From positions 83,764,001 to 83,828,000 of the forward strand of contig NC_087436.1 of the NCBI RefSeq assembly GCF_036321535.1: 64,000 nt of DNA, given 5' to 3'. This stretch comes from Camelus dromedarius (Eukaryota). This document shows positions 26,538 to 40,005 of the stretch, in pieces. Made by a program: the position numbers and the translations under genes. The notes beneath the pieces were generated by a model that was not told the DNA's origin, searched no databases, and saw only the letters and a list, made by a program, of their open reading frames with translations. Numbering within the stretch: position 1 is the first letter of the stretch; each line of letters starts with the position of its first letter.

Positions 26538-29292
26538 TTCTTAATTTAATCTTTAAACAAATAACTTGGAGGTAACGGAAATTACCAAATTTATACGTGG
26601 TATCAAAATTTATGAGCAGTGACCCAACTCAATACTATGTAGGGTATATCTAGAAGCTAAGATAAAAAGTGAAAATAATAGTTATTGAGTAGAAGACCCA
26701 GGACTCCATCCCACTGAATCTTCAGATTCAGGGATGGTTGTTGGTGGTATTTCTGGTGCCCACCTCCTGGTCTAAATGGATATTTTTGCTCTTTAAAAAA
26801 TGAGGATGCTTCAGTATGGAAAGATGAAGGCAGAGAGAAACTATGATCACATGTATAAAACCCTGAAAAATGAGATTACAGTAAATCTGTACTTGCTTAA
26901 AAAAATTCTAGAATATAGGCATTTGGAGTTCCTTAATGGTGAAGAAGATAGTTTAAATACAAGTAAAATAAATCATATATCTCTATAGCTATGTCTATGT
27001 ATGCTGTTAATAAGGATATAGAATTTGTTACCACCAGAGCTTATAGACACTAGAACTAAAATATAATATACACATATTTTTAGACACATTTATATAGATT
27101 CCTAGATGATAGATTTTTAATGTGCTGTAGTATCTCCAATCTCTGAGGACAGTGTTATATAACAGAGGTACTAAATATCCTTTGGAGCTACTGTCACAGG
27201 CAAAATTAAAGGACAGATGGGTCACTGATTGTCCAATTCCACCAGGTACTTCTTATGTTTTAATAAATAGGTGAGGTATGTATCAATTCATTTCAAGTCA
27301 GACTCTTGCCTATTTTTCTTTAATTAATAATAGCTTATCTTCATTCTAGTTAACTTTTCTTGTTTCTTGTAAAGAAGAAAGCTAGGGGGAAAGGGTAGTT
27401 AATATGGTCAATATAGCCAAAACCTTTAAAGGCTTATCTTAGTCTCATGAAAGATGGTATTTGTGGATTGCTTTACATTCTAAATTTTAAGGTAATATTG
27501 TAAATCATATTGTCTTTCTTATTTTTGGTTCGATACTTTCCCTGCCCCCACGTGGGAAGGTCAACTAGTTAAGCAGGAAATGAATTTGTAAAATGACCTT
27601 GAAAAGGCCATTGAGTTTGGAATCTGAGTACTTGTGTCCTTTAAAGTCACTATAAACCCTGTAAAATGTCTTTGGCCCAGTGACTTTGTTTTCATATTTT
27701 TCAACTGAGGATGGAAAACTTACCTCAAAGTGTTGCTTAAAGAATGCAATGGCCTAAAGTCTATAAAAGTGCACTATGACTGGGAAAGTTATTAGTCTAG
27801 ACTATGGTAGGTACAGGCAGAGTGTTAATTAAGCTGTTTCAGTTGCCTGTCATAGCACAGTATTCCTCTCTCCCTGCATGATTCCTGTGTCTGTCTCTCA
27901 GTTGGTTCCAATACCCCAATAAATGACAACATGAGCTCACATTGAACAAACAGTGGTACCAACTTTAGGATAGCAAGACCAATGCATTTAATTTAATTTA
28001 CTATATTATAATAGATGATGATTAAACATATCTAGGACGATTATGATAACTTAGGTATATTTAAAGATACATAGTTATATGTAATTATTGCAGGCTGTTG
28101 CAATGTAGAAAATCTATATTGGCCAAGCAGATTTGAGAACAGATATATTCTCAATAGAGCTACCAAAGGACACTCAAAGTTAAGAAAAGATTGAAGTTGC
28201 TTTTTAAAATTTAATTTCTTTTTTTTTTAGTTCTGCTATCTGCAGAGATGCCCTACCCTAAGAGACGATTTCTACCTACATTATTGAAAGATTTAGGAAT
28301 AAATAGTCCTGTGAAGCTGAAGGCCACAGCCTGGACCCATAGTTACCAAAGAGCTTTCTTTCCCCTGTGAGCAGAAGCGATATTTAAAATACCAGCCTGG
28401 CGTTGTACTGACCAACGCAAATGGAATTGTGGACCGATTTCAGAGTCCCAGTGCAGCCCCGCCTGTGAAGATGTGAACTGTTTGTGACTATTGGTGAGTA
28501 CTGACGTCAAGCATTCAACTGGCCTCTTTTGACATTAGGTTTTTTAAATCACTACAAATCTTTTTTTACAGATTGTGTAAGAGTCACAAAGAAAACCAAC
28601 ATTGGCATGTTCTAACTCCAGTTAAGTGGCTGCTAGAGAGGTACAGGCCCTATTGTCTTGAATATTTCTAATAATTGTTAGAAATATTCTACACTAAAAA
28701 CAAACAAAAAAGCTCTGAGAAATAATACTCTTCTGTATCATTATGTAAAAATGTATAGCAACTGGAAACTCTAATATTAAAATGAAGCTGATAAGCTCAA
28801 ATCCATAGGAATGGAGGATAATGTGCTAAATAATTTTATTATTATTTTTTCACTTTTGAATTTTACTATGAAGGTTGATAGTGGAATTTCAGGGTACCAC
28901 TGTTATTTCATAAATTACTAAACTAGCAACTTTTTCTTGAATGTTATTATGTGCATTGTTCCATCTTTTTCTCTTTTGTGTCTATATATACTATTTAAGT
29001 TACACAACACTGAATTATGAACAAAACTAAACTTTGAAAACAAAGGAAATTGGGGACGGTACTTAACATAGTACACAGTATACACCATACTAATATTCTT
29101 ATTGTTCAAACTCTTTTTCATATTGTTATATGTCCAATTTGGCCTTTTGTGCTATTTGGTATGTAATTTTACTGCAAATATGTAACTAATATATCTATTT
29201 TGTTACCTTGGAGGAAGGAGGGTCTTTCTAACTATGATTCACAATATAGAACCATAAAATAAAAGATTTAGAAAATTAACTACAAAAAAACA

Positions 29293-29742
29293 ATGGGAAC
29301 CCTCCTACACTGTTGTTGGGAATGTAGATTGGTGCAGCCACTACGGAGGACAGTATGGATGTTCCTTAAAAACCAAAAATAGACTTACCATGTGATCCAG
29401 CAATCCTACTCCTGGGCATATATCCAGAGAAAAATAAAATTCAAAAAGACACATGCACCCCAGTTTTCATAGCAGCACTATTTACAATAGCCAAGACATG
29501 GAAAAAACCCAAATGTCCATCAACAGATGACTGGATAAAGAAGATGTGGTACATATATACAATGGAACACTACTCAGCCATAAAAAAGAATAAAATATGC
29601 CATTTGCAGCAATATGGATGGACCTGAAGACTGTCATTCAAAGTGAAGTGGGCCGGAAAGAGAAAGAAAAATGCCATATGACATCATTTATATAAAGAAT
29701 CTAAAACATAATACAACAATAATGACACGAATGAACTAATTA
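29293..29742 (+). mobile_element. L1 ORF2 C-terminus / 3'UTR fragment
   Basis: 'gggaaccctcctacactgttg…gatccagcaatcctactcctgggcatatatcc…ggataaagaagatgtgg'. Confidence 0.9.
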
Positions 29743-29989
29743 TTATTTTGGTTTCTTAAATATGTGTAAACACATTTGACTGTCCTTTATGACTGGATTA
29801 TTGCATTCTGTTGATTCTTATTTTGTACTTGGCTTTATTCCTTTGATAGTTATGCAAGTTTAAAAAGCTAAAGATCTAATCTGTTCTTAGAAACAATAAT
29901 TAGTACATATATGAAAACTAAAAAAGTACAATATACTGTTTACATGTATTTATTTACATGCAATATAATGTGTATGTGTAGTTGAACTG

Positions 29990-30830
29990 TAATAATTCTA
30001 TACAATAAAACCAGAAAAAAAAATGTGTATGAGAAAATATCATAAGCAGAATCAAAAGCCAAAGGGTGACAAATAAAAGCATATGTAATTCACAAAGCAG
30101 ATGGTTAATTTCCCTAATAGACACAGAAATTCTGGAAATAGATGAGAAGACCAAAATCCAATAAAAATGAACAAAAGATTTAAAGATAGAATTTACAGGA
30201 AAATTAACACAAGCAACTTTTAAGCAAATAAAATATGCTCAACTTCATTTACTCACAATAAGAGAAATGCAAATTAAAACAAACTGACACTGTCTTCCCA
30301 TTTATTAGATTGTTACAAATATGAACGTTTAATAACACATTGTTACCGGCCACACTAAGGGCAATTTGGAGGTTATATCTAAATTATAAATGTAATACTT
30401 TGATCCAGGGATTTGACATCTAACAATATACCTGTCACATATATTTGCACACATTCAAAAAGACGTACGCAAGATTATTCATTGCAGAGAGTTTGTAAAG
30501 GCAAAAGATTGGGAATACCCTAAATGTCCGTCAGTAGGACACTAGCTAAATAAATTACGGTAGCTATGTAATGAAGCTTCAAAAGAGAACGTTCAAGCCC
30601 CTTGAATGTTGAAAAGAAAAGAATCTAAGGTAATACACTGTGCATTGTATGTTACCTTTTATATAAAAAGGTAGAAATATGAACATAGATTTGTATTTTC
30701 TTGCTTATGCATAAGGAAGTTCTGAAAACATAAAGAATAAATTATTTACAGAGGTAACTGATTAGGTGGATGTAGACAAGGACTGGAGGGAAATTTTTCA
30801 CTGTTTATTACTTATAATGTATTTTTTAAA
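29990..30830 (+). mobile_element. Old L1 (L1ME-type) fragment
   Basis: 'cactcacaataagagaaatgcaaattaaaac' and 'cctaaatgtccgtcagtaggac'. Confidence 0.7.
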
Positions 30831-32749
30831 GTATATGTATATAGTCTGAGTGTTAATTCAAGATTTTCTTATTTTCCAGACTTAGTTCACTGTAAATGTA
30901 ATCTTTAGTTGCATCGTCTAGACTCTGTGGCATCAAAGGAGGCAGGAGTAATAGCATAGATGTCTAACAAGCCAATCCCAGGATAACGACAGAAACGCCA
31001 GAGGAAAACATCACTACTTACCAACTCTTCTTCTCAGAATCATTTCCTGCATTTAGCAGGCAGAACCTCTGATTTAAAAATCCACAGACTTACAAAATTG
31101 AACTGAATCCACAGGGGCTCACCCCCATTACAGTCAGAGACAGAAGCGAGAAGATCCTGCGGGGGGGGTGTTATGATGGTCATATTTGTGACATTCGAGG
31201 ATACGATCATATCTTACATTTGAAAGAATTAGGATTATAACTGTCCTCATGCCTTTTTCTGAGCCTTTTTCTCCTGACACATTTACTATTAAGTTCGTAA
31301 GTATAGCTGAGGAGAATTCAAGAGAAATAACCCTAGACATAGCAAAATTGCTTCCTTTTATAACAGACATATATAACAAAAAATGGGGACAGAAAATCAA
31401 CTTTTGTTACCTTCCAAAACCTAATGACGAATTTTGGAATGACCTAGTAACATGAAATACATACTTTCTATCTCCTTCTGGAGCCTTTGTCTCGTCTAGA
31501 AACTTGGCCAGTAGGAACTCTTTGATATAACAAGTCCACTCTCAAACTGATGGTTTCAAACTGCTCCTTTGTTCTTGAAACTGGCAATTATTTTGTCCCT
31601 GTGTGCTTGAGGTTTGGGTGGGAATGACTTCTGCAAACTATCAAGCACCACATGAATGAACCGGGGACTTCGTTTACTAGAAATAGACAGGAAGTGTGGG
31701 AATCTCGGCTGCACCTACTTCAGTGTTGTCCTACATAACGGGGTTTCTTTTTATCTGCAAGTGGTTTATAAATGTTAACACCACCCCAGAACAAACAGCC
31801 TGGTTCATAACAACATTTTGGGTGGTGTTTCAGTTTGTAATTTTCAGGGCCAAGCTTAATGTCTTCTGCTTGTGTTTCAAGTAAATGTTTAATTAAAGCT
31901 CAAACAAGGGTCTTCAGGGCCTTAACAGCAAACTATTATGTTAGAAAACTAGGTAATGAATTTTTAAAAATTAATTAAGCATGGCCTCCTTATGTCAAAT
32001 GAAAGTCTGTGAAACTTTGCCTGATACTATGGATCTTCCATTCTGAAAATCTTGTGTAAGTACTGATGGAAAATCATATGTTACAAATTATATTGCCTAT
32101 TTACTTATTTATTCCATTAACAGCAGATAACCCTAGGTGGGGGTCCCAGTGCTGCCACTTAGAAGCTACTTGACGTCTCTGAGCCTGGGTTTCTTCAACT
32201 GGAAAAGCGGGACATCACTTAGCTCCTGGTGTTGATGTGGAGTTTGAGAGAACATGTGGAAAACACAGTGCACAGCACAGGGGAGATGTGATGAATCCTC
32301 CGTGTCCTTTCTCCTCCCATTCCAGTGCCACACTCACACTCACACTCACCAGACATCACACAGGTGTTCTTAGAAGCCAAGGGACTGGGCAAGAAAAAGT
32401 GTGCCTTAGGGGAGCAAGTGTCTTTCCTTCAGTGCCTGCATTTTCTACACAGGCTAAATCCAGCCGGCAGGAAGTGGTTAATTATTCAGTTAAACAGAAG
32501 AGCCCTTAGTTCCCATGGCTCTTGAAGCTGCCCCTGAATATCTATAATACCCAGAAGAGACTGAACTTTCAACGTGATTTTCTGTAATTCTTTAATCTGA
32601 TCATCTTATTTAGTAAAGTGTGAAACCTTGCCAATTCACATTTTCAGTTCTCCCCTCTGAAAGGGGACATTCCTGGGTGAGGAAAGGACACATTTTACTA
32701 TGGAATTCCCTTTTTTATAGGCCTAAGATTTTATTAAACTACATTCTAC

Positions 32750-32995
32750 TTGAGGCAGGATCATGTGCTGTGCAGCAAAAAGCTTTGGAATCAGGTTTAT
32801 ATTTGAATCTTACACCCTCACGTGGTACTTGTGTGGTTACTATAAGCAAAAGATAGTCTGTGAGCATTGGTTTTTCATTTGGAAGATGGGCTGCCCACCT
32901 CATGGTGTTGTGAGGATTAGATGAGACAGTAAATGTAAAACTTCATCTCATTGACTTTGAATAGTAAGTACTCAAAGAAGTGAGCTGTTATTATC
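32750..32995 (+). mobile_element. MIR SINE
   Basis: 'ctttggaatcagg…cacctcatggtgttgtgaggattagatgagac…tagtaagtactcaa'. Confidence 0.75.
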
Positions 32996-33239
32996 CTAAA
33001 GTATTCCAGACATTAGTTTCAGTCAGAATTTCCAGTTGTTGGCTATTCTTTGCCAGTGTTTAGCTTCCAACTAAAGCAAGAAGACCATTTGGTGAATGTT
33101 AAAACGTGAGAAGTCTGAAGGATGAAAGAGAAATAAAATAAAAAATTTATTTTTCAATAAAAACATAAAAAATTATAGAGATGCAGGAGAAATTATCCAG
33201 CTTGTATATGAATGTTCTCAATAGGACCAACACAACACA

Positions 33240-33810
33240 AAGGTGCTTATCACCAGCTTATCTAAACAAACACATTCCATTTCCAGACCATCCCAAGGTC
33301 AAGTTCAGAAAGTCAGCAGTGGGAGGTTGAGGTTGGAAGCTATATGTGAACATCAAGGATAAATCAAGTGCACTCACCTTTCTGAAAGCAGGCAGAGAAG
33401 TACAAGAGGTCTTTGTTAATCAGACAGGAAAATCATAGCCTGAAAATGCTGACAATGACATTTCAAAAGTCTCAATTACTTAGTAATAGGCAAGAACGGG
33501 TGAAGAAGGAGGGGAAAAAAGGCTCCCTGAAGTTTTAAAAAAGCCAAAAAGGATCAGATATCTGTTGTACGTGAGAACTTCATCCGGCGAGGTTACTTCA
33601 GTTCACATTTCCTAAATGAGGACACCTCTGCAGAGGGAACACAAGGCTCCTCTTGCGAGGTGCTGTGCTGGTAATTTGTGACAATGACAAATGCCATCTG
33701 ATTGACGGCCCCGCCCATCCCACTTTAGGCAGTCAGAGACGCACTGAAGACAGAAAGTCATCCAGAGCCAAGTTCACTTATAAAACACCAAAGGGAACAG
33801 AACCTCCCAT
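33240..33810 (+). promoter_or_regulatory. Candidate promoter/enhancer motif cluster
   Basis: Non-repeat sequence containing FOX TAAACAAACA (33263), TEAD CACATTCCAT (33271), DR0 AGGTCAAGTTCA (33296-33307), TACGTG (33568), DR4 AGGTTActtcAGTTCA (33590-33605), TGATTGACGG (33699-33708), GC box GGCCCCGCCC (33707-33716) and TATAAAA (33779-33785). Confidence 0.45.
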
Positions 33811-35339
33811 GCCCTCCAGCCCTCCTCTGCCTGGTGCTGGGCCCAGGGGAGAAGAATCTGCTCCCTGGGCCCGGCTCAGCGATGGGAGACAGAGGGGCAC
33901 CAGCGAGCTCCCCAGGCACCTCCCAGATGCAGAAGCGGATGGGACCACTGGCCTCGAGTAGTGATGTGGTGCCCTCTATCCCCACCCCACCTCCTTCTTT
34001 TTGAGCAGTCACATCTTCATTTTCCTACATCTGTGCACAAATAACTGAGTCCTTTGCCCTGAGAAATTCCTCCCATTTATCCACTGACCCTTTTTCCCAA
34101 CCTCCCCACCCCTCCCCAACCTAGCCCCCTCCAGTGTCTCTCTGTCATTTTGGCATCTGGGGATTCAAACGTTTTAATACCACCTAAACTTAAACTGTGA
34201 CCTCTTCAGACGATCAACATAAACTCTACTGTTCCAGTCATAATAAACCAGACTGTCAGAAAGGAGCATCAGATCTGTGGTCTTCAGTCTTAGAAAATGG
34301 GGGAAGTGATCAGGGAGTCCACCGGGGGATTTTGTCTCTCCCTGTTACAGTTGCCATAGACCTGCCATTGCTGCTGTTCCCATCTTTGTTTACTGCTGAA
34401 GGACTGGAGACATCTCTGCGCTGAGAAAAGGAGCAGGCACCTTCCCGCATCACTCACCCGACCCAGGCTAGAACATGGGGTCAACATAAGGAAGAACATG
34501 GCAGATGGCCCAGAAATGACTGTGAACTAGGGGGCAACAACCTTAGCATCACAAAGGATACATGCAGGGAGGAGCGACGACGTAGAGGTACGCAGGGAAC
34601 TGGCACAGAAATGAACTTGGATCACACAATGAAAAGAAAAAAAGAGGTAATCGTCTCAAGTTAAAAGCTCTTCTTTCTTTTGTTAAATTAAAAATCACAA
34701 CTAAAAGCATGAAGGATTTATGGGCTTTTGTTTAAGGAAACTATCTTTTTTCCTTCAATGAGACAGTACCTTTACAGATGAATAGGACTGCAAATGAATT
34801 TTTTTTAAACCCAGAAGAGGCATTAAAAAAATCAGGAAGCAGTGTAAACATAAGTATTTTTGTCCAGTCATTTAAAATGTTTCAGCAAATGAAGAAAGTG
34901 ACCTTTAAGCTACTGTAATACAGCCAGAAAGGATCATTTTAGCAAAGGAAGGAGACTTACTGAGCTCCACGCAGATAATAAAAGTGTTTTAGAAATAGGT
35001 ACAGTTGTATCCACTTACAATAAAAATTGCTCTATGAATTGGGATGCACCTTGCCCAGAAAGTGCCATGGAGTTCTGGAACAAAGCTTCAGCTGGCAGTG
35101 GTCCTGGCTTAGCATCTCAGTGACTCTGAGAGAGCTGTTGAACCTCTCTGGGCTTCAGGCCCTCGTCAGTGAAAGGAGGGGGCCTGGGGCTTAGGTAGTG
35201 TCAAGGCCCTTCCTGCTCTAGAACTACGTCATTGTCAAGATTCATAGAGAAAGCATAGTTGGCCTAAAGTTTGGGCATTTATCCTGTCCCTTCACACAAA
35301 AGGATTCGTTGGCCCCTTTCTTAAAGATTACTAGCAAAA

Positions 35340-35885
35340 CTTGTTAGTGGAGTTGGTACACTGTGGGCTTTGGATAGAGCGGGACCTGGGATGGGTCTCA
35401 TCTCTGTCACCCACCGGCAGGGTAATAATGGACAAAGCACCGTGCCTTTCTGAGCCTGTTTCCTCCTCAGTTACATATAGTCTTATCTCATAGGGTTAAT
35501 GGGAAAAAAAGGCCATTAATCACATACAGAGCTTAGCATAGCACCAGGCACCGAGTGAGAATGTAAGTGACATATTATAAACTGTATGTGGAAAATGTGC
35601 TGGAGAGATCAAATATGAAAAGTAGCTGACAGTCAGTGTGCTTTACAGGTAAGTGCATGTGCTCTGGGCTCTGGAGCCAGACTTCTTGGGTTCAAATTCC
35701 CCTCTGTCATTTCTTGTGGACTTGGGCAGATGACTTAAAATACCAGGGGCTCAATATTTCATTTGTAAACTGGGGATCATGATAGCAGTATTTAGCAAAC
35801 TGGGTTGCTGGGAGGTGTAAATGAGTTAACGTTAAAATACTTAGAACAGCATCTAGCTCAGGGGAGATGCTAAATAAAATACTCA
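35340..35885 (+). mobile_element. Two adjacent MIR SINEs (~35340-35570 and ~35630-35885)
   Basis: 'gggctctggagccagacttcttgggttcaaattcc' and 'gagcttagcatagcaccaggcac'. Confidence 0.8.
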
Positions 35886-38064
35886 GATCAACTTTTAATT
35901 AGAGGCTGGAGCCCAGAATATATTTAAAGAAACAAAAAAATTTTTTAATTAGCAACTTACAGTGTAACTATGTTAGATGCCTCCTGCTTAAGCCCTTTCG
36001 CACAGGCATCAGGATTGTGGATGGGGACAGAGGTCTCTCCTTAGATATTTCATCCTCTAACGGAGTCAGTGGTACCTGGCTCTGAACTCCTGGCTGGTGA
36101 ATTTTATCTCTGATTAGTATACATTCCTTCCAGCATGACATTAGAGACCATGAGATGAAATTAGCTGTCTTTGTGTTGCTCAAATAATAACTGAAATGTA
36201 ATAGCAAATGAATTTCGTGACATTTCACATATAGTCTTTGGGCTCAGGGCTTTTCTAATCAAGCTCTGCCCTTTCCCTTCTGTATCTCTTCAGAAATGGC
36301 GTTTGATTTTCCATTTACTGGAAAATATGTGACTCACACAAGCCAGCAGAATGCTAGACCTCATTATCTGATCTTGTTTTATGGTTGAGTTAGAACAATG
36401 TGTTAGGTCTATTTCAGTACAATACAAGGCTCTTGGTGAAGAACATTAAATTCAAGTATCACTGATTAGTGAAATAAAAGAGATTTTAACTGTGATTTCA
36501 GGGAGATGGAGATTCACAGTATTGATTAAAAAGTTGAGTATCTTTTGTGCTATAACTTACTTGAATGCACTCATCCAAAGTTGTAGAAAGTGATATCAGA
36601 CTCGTGAAAAATAGTTTCCAGTTAATGGACCATGAAGTGATGAGGTTTCATTTCTTGAATTGCAGGAGTATCCTGAAACCCACTGCTTTATGCCCCAAAG
36701 CAGATTTTACTCTGATAGTAATAAATGGGCAAAAATGCACTTTGCTAATGTATGCTCACAGTGTGTTTTCACAAGGGAAGACTGTCAATCATAATCAGTT
36801 ACTTGATCTCAAAAGTTTTTTTTATCTGTAAGATTCTGACTCTGACTTTGAAACTCATACCATGTAAGGCACTGTACCCAATATTGGCTTTTATAGCAAA
36901 TGTTGAAAGAGGCTCTGGAATTTCCCCCAGGGATCTTCCTCTACGCGAGAACGTACACACTCCCCCATCACTGGAGTATTCTCCGGGTAACCCCTTGTGC
37001 CTCCAAAGACGCATGACTCTTCTATTATGGAGTTGCTGCTGAAATTAAGATTTCTTGAGATGCTCAACTGCCAATCCTCCTAACACTCACAGATCTTGGG
37101 AGAGCCTCTTTCACCGAATCCTTTTCTTGTATCTACTTTATTATCAACCATCTAAAAATTCAGAAAGGTCCTGACATCATTCAGACTGTCAGATACAGGA
37201 AGTAGCTTGGTGGTTATTTTAAGAAGTATGAACCTTACCATGCTTGGCTCAGTAGTGCTCACAGAATAGTATTTGAGTGAGTACGTTAAAGTTTGACAGA
37301 CCTAGGAATGAGTTTAGTAACAGGAGAAAAAAAAATTACTGGACTAGGTCAAAGGGACCACTTGAGATACTATAGGAGGAGTATTCACAGCTAATGGTTG
37401 CCATGAAAGATACTCTTCAAATCAGACACATTTTAATAAAGAGGTTGTAGTTAATGTATATCCTAATTCTGCATAATTAGGTAAAAGGTGTTGAAAGTGA
37501 AAGTAGATGCTTTTGCTTTATAGATAAATGGGAGATTTTCATACGAATTTTGTATCCTTCATACATAAATCTTTGGGCTCAGTGTTTCTGAAAAGAAGCA
37601 TACATCTGTTTTATTTCTAGAGAACATCTTAATTTTCACTCATATGAAATGCCCAGGATATTGTACTTTCTGGGATCCAAGGTGCAGTGACCATATTTCC
37701 ATGATATCTGCTCAACAGAAGCTGAAATTCTAGGAATATTTCAAGAAGCTTTTTGTTTTCTATTGATCAGCTATCCAAATTTAAAAAAAAAAAAAGATAA
37801 ACATGCAAATAGAATGGCAGTATTGCTTTCCCAGGCTTCCGCTCAGCACTATGTCTACAGTGCTACACCGAGGGCACAGTGCAGTCCCAAGGAGAGACTA
37901 AGAGCTCCGGCGGCAGCAGACGTCATAGCTGCGGATTTGGCCCAGCCATGTTGTAGGAGGCCTGGGTGTGTTAACTAACCATCCTGGGCCTCCACTTCTG
38001 TCTTCATAAATAGGAATAATACTTATATTATAGGGTTCTTTTACACGTTACCTAGCATACAGTA

Positions 38065-38172
38065 GTTTTTTTTTTTTAAGATTTATTTATTCAGTGGAGG
38101 TTCTGAGGACTGAACTCAGGACCTCGTGCATGCTAGGCATGCACTTTATCACTGAGCTATTCCCCACTCCCC
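38065..38172 (-). mobile_element. Camelid tRNA-derived SINE (vic-1-type)
   Basis: Poly-T, then 'ggaggttctgaggactgaactcaggacctcgtgcatgctaggcatgcactttatcactgagcta'. Confidence 0.85.
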
Positions 38173-38404
38173 TGTGGTAGAATTTTAAAAACTTATTATT
38201 TTGAACTTATTTTAGACTTATAGAAAAATTGTCTAAATAGTACAGAGAGTTACCGTGTAAGTAGGTTTTTAACAAGTGTTAATTTCCTTCTCTTCCTATA
38301 GAACATAAATTTGGTCTATGTTTTCCTATTTTGAAAACAAAGTAAGAGCTTCATATATTTCCTTTCTTTGGTTTGGTCTCTCCAATAATCAAATATATAC
38401 ATTT

Positions 38405-39175
38405 TTTTTAAATCAATAGAATTTAGTTTTTAGGGCAGTTTTAGGTTCATAGCAAAATTGAGCAGAAAGTACAGAAAGTTCCCATATATTCCTGTCCCCA
38501 CATATGCACAGCCTCTCCCAGTATCAATTCTCCCACCAGAGTGGTACGTTTGTTATAATCGATGAACCTACGCTGATAACATCATTATCACCCAAAGTCC
38601 GTAGTTTACATCAGGGTTCACTCTTGGTGTTGTGCGTTCTATGAGTTTTCACACGTATCTAATTATAGTATCAGACAGAGTAGTTCTGCTGCCCTAAAAA
38701 TCTTTGTGCTCCACCTATTTATTCTTCTTTCCTCCCTACCCCTGGAAACCAGTGAACTTTTTTTTACTGCATCCATAGTTTTGCCTTTTTCAGAATGCCA
38801 TATAGCTGCAATCATATATTACATACTCTTTTCAGATTTGCTTCCCTCACTTATTAATATGAATTTAAGGGCATCTTGGTTGTTTCCAAGTTTTGGCAAT
38901 TACAAACAAAGCTGCTATAAACATCCATGCACAAATTTTTGTGGACATAAAAATTTTCAACTCGTTTGGGTAACTACCAAGGAGTATGATTCCTAGATTG
39001 TGTGATAAAAGTATGTTTAGTTTTGTAAGAATCTGCCAAAATGTCTTCCAAAGTGGCTGCACCATTTTGAATTCCCACCAGCAATGAATGAGAGTTCCTG
39101 TTGCTCCACATTCTTGCCAGCATATAGTGGTGTCATTGTTTTGGATTTTCAGTATAGTGGTGTCTCATTGTTTCA
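38405..39175 (-). mobile_element. L1MA/MB-type 3' end
   Basis: 'gcagttttaggttcatagcaaaattgagcagaaagtacag…ccaaagtggctgcaccattttgaattcccaccagcaatg'. Confidence 0.9.
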
Positions 39176-39494
39176 AACCTATATTGTGTTAAGTGCTTGA
39201 ACTCTTGAGATGTCAGAGTTAAAGTCTTTTTTCTCCTGGAGGCCCCTGGGCTCTTACATAAATCACTGGCTCAAACTGATAAATTAAGGAGAGACCAAGG
39301 TTTCACTTAATGTTACTCAACAGAGTCACCTGAATACCAGATTCTGCTGGCCAAGAAAATCGGCTCCGTAATGAACATCAACAACTGTCTCCTTCTAAAA
39401 CCTAGTGTTTTAGAGTTAAGCTTAGCTACATAATATCTGATGGACTAGTTGCTTCTTGCCATTTAAAAGCATGTGTGTGTTTATATGTCTTTTT

Positions 39495-40005
39495 TTGTAG
39501 GGACAGTGATGTATTGTTAATGAATAATGGCAGCATAATTGTTTATCCATTTGGAGGAAAGTAAAATTAGACTCATATTTCCTACCATATACAAAAGTAA
39601 ACACCAGATCAATTAAAAACTTAAATGGGAAAAAATAAGAGAATAAAAATCTTACAAGAAAATTTATGAGATTATATGTGTAATGCACAGGTTGAAAAGG
39701 AATTTTAAATCCAAGATAGGAAAATGAAACATGTATGACTATATAATAATAATTAAGAACTTTTGTACAGTGAGGATACAGTAACTGTTGAGGAAATACA
39801 TTTGTAATTTACATCACAGGTAAAAGTTTTTATAATATACTATGAGCTCTTATGAATTAATAAGAAAAAGATAATAACTAAATTGAATAATGGACAAAAG
39901 ATATATAAAATAGTTAGTTGAAGAAAAAATCCAAATGACCAAAAAACACATGTAAAGATGCTAAACTTCCTAAGTTGCAGGGAAATGGAAATTATAATAA
40001 CAGTG
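39495..40005 (+). mobile_element. Old L1 ORF2 3' fragment
   Basis: 'gtttatccatttggagg…ttagactcatatttcctaccatatacaaaagtaaacaccaga' and 'aaacacatgtaaagatgct'. Confidence 0.7.

Noticed and set aside
33653..33961. 102-aa ORF, or the 50-aa MPSSPPLP… peptide, downstream of the promoter-like cluster
   Set aside because: No recognisable homology. The ATG at 33809 sits right at the predicted TSS, leaving no leader.
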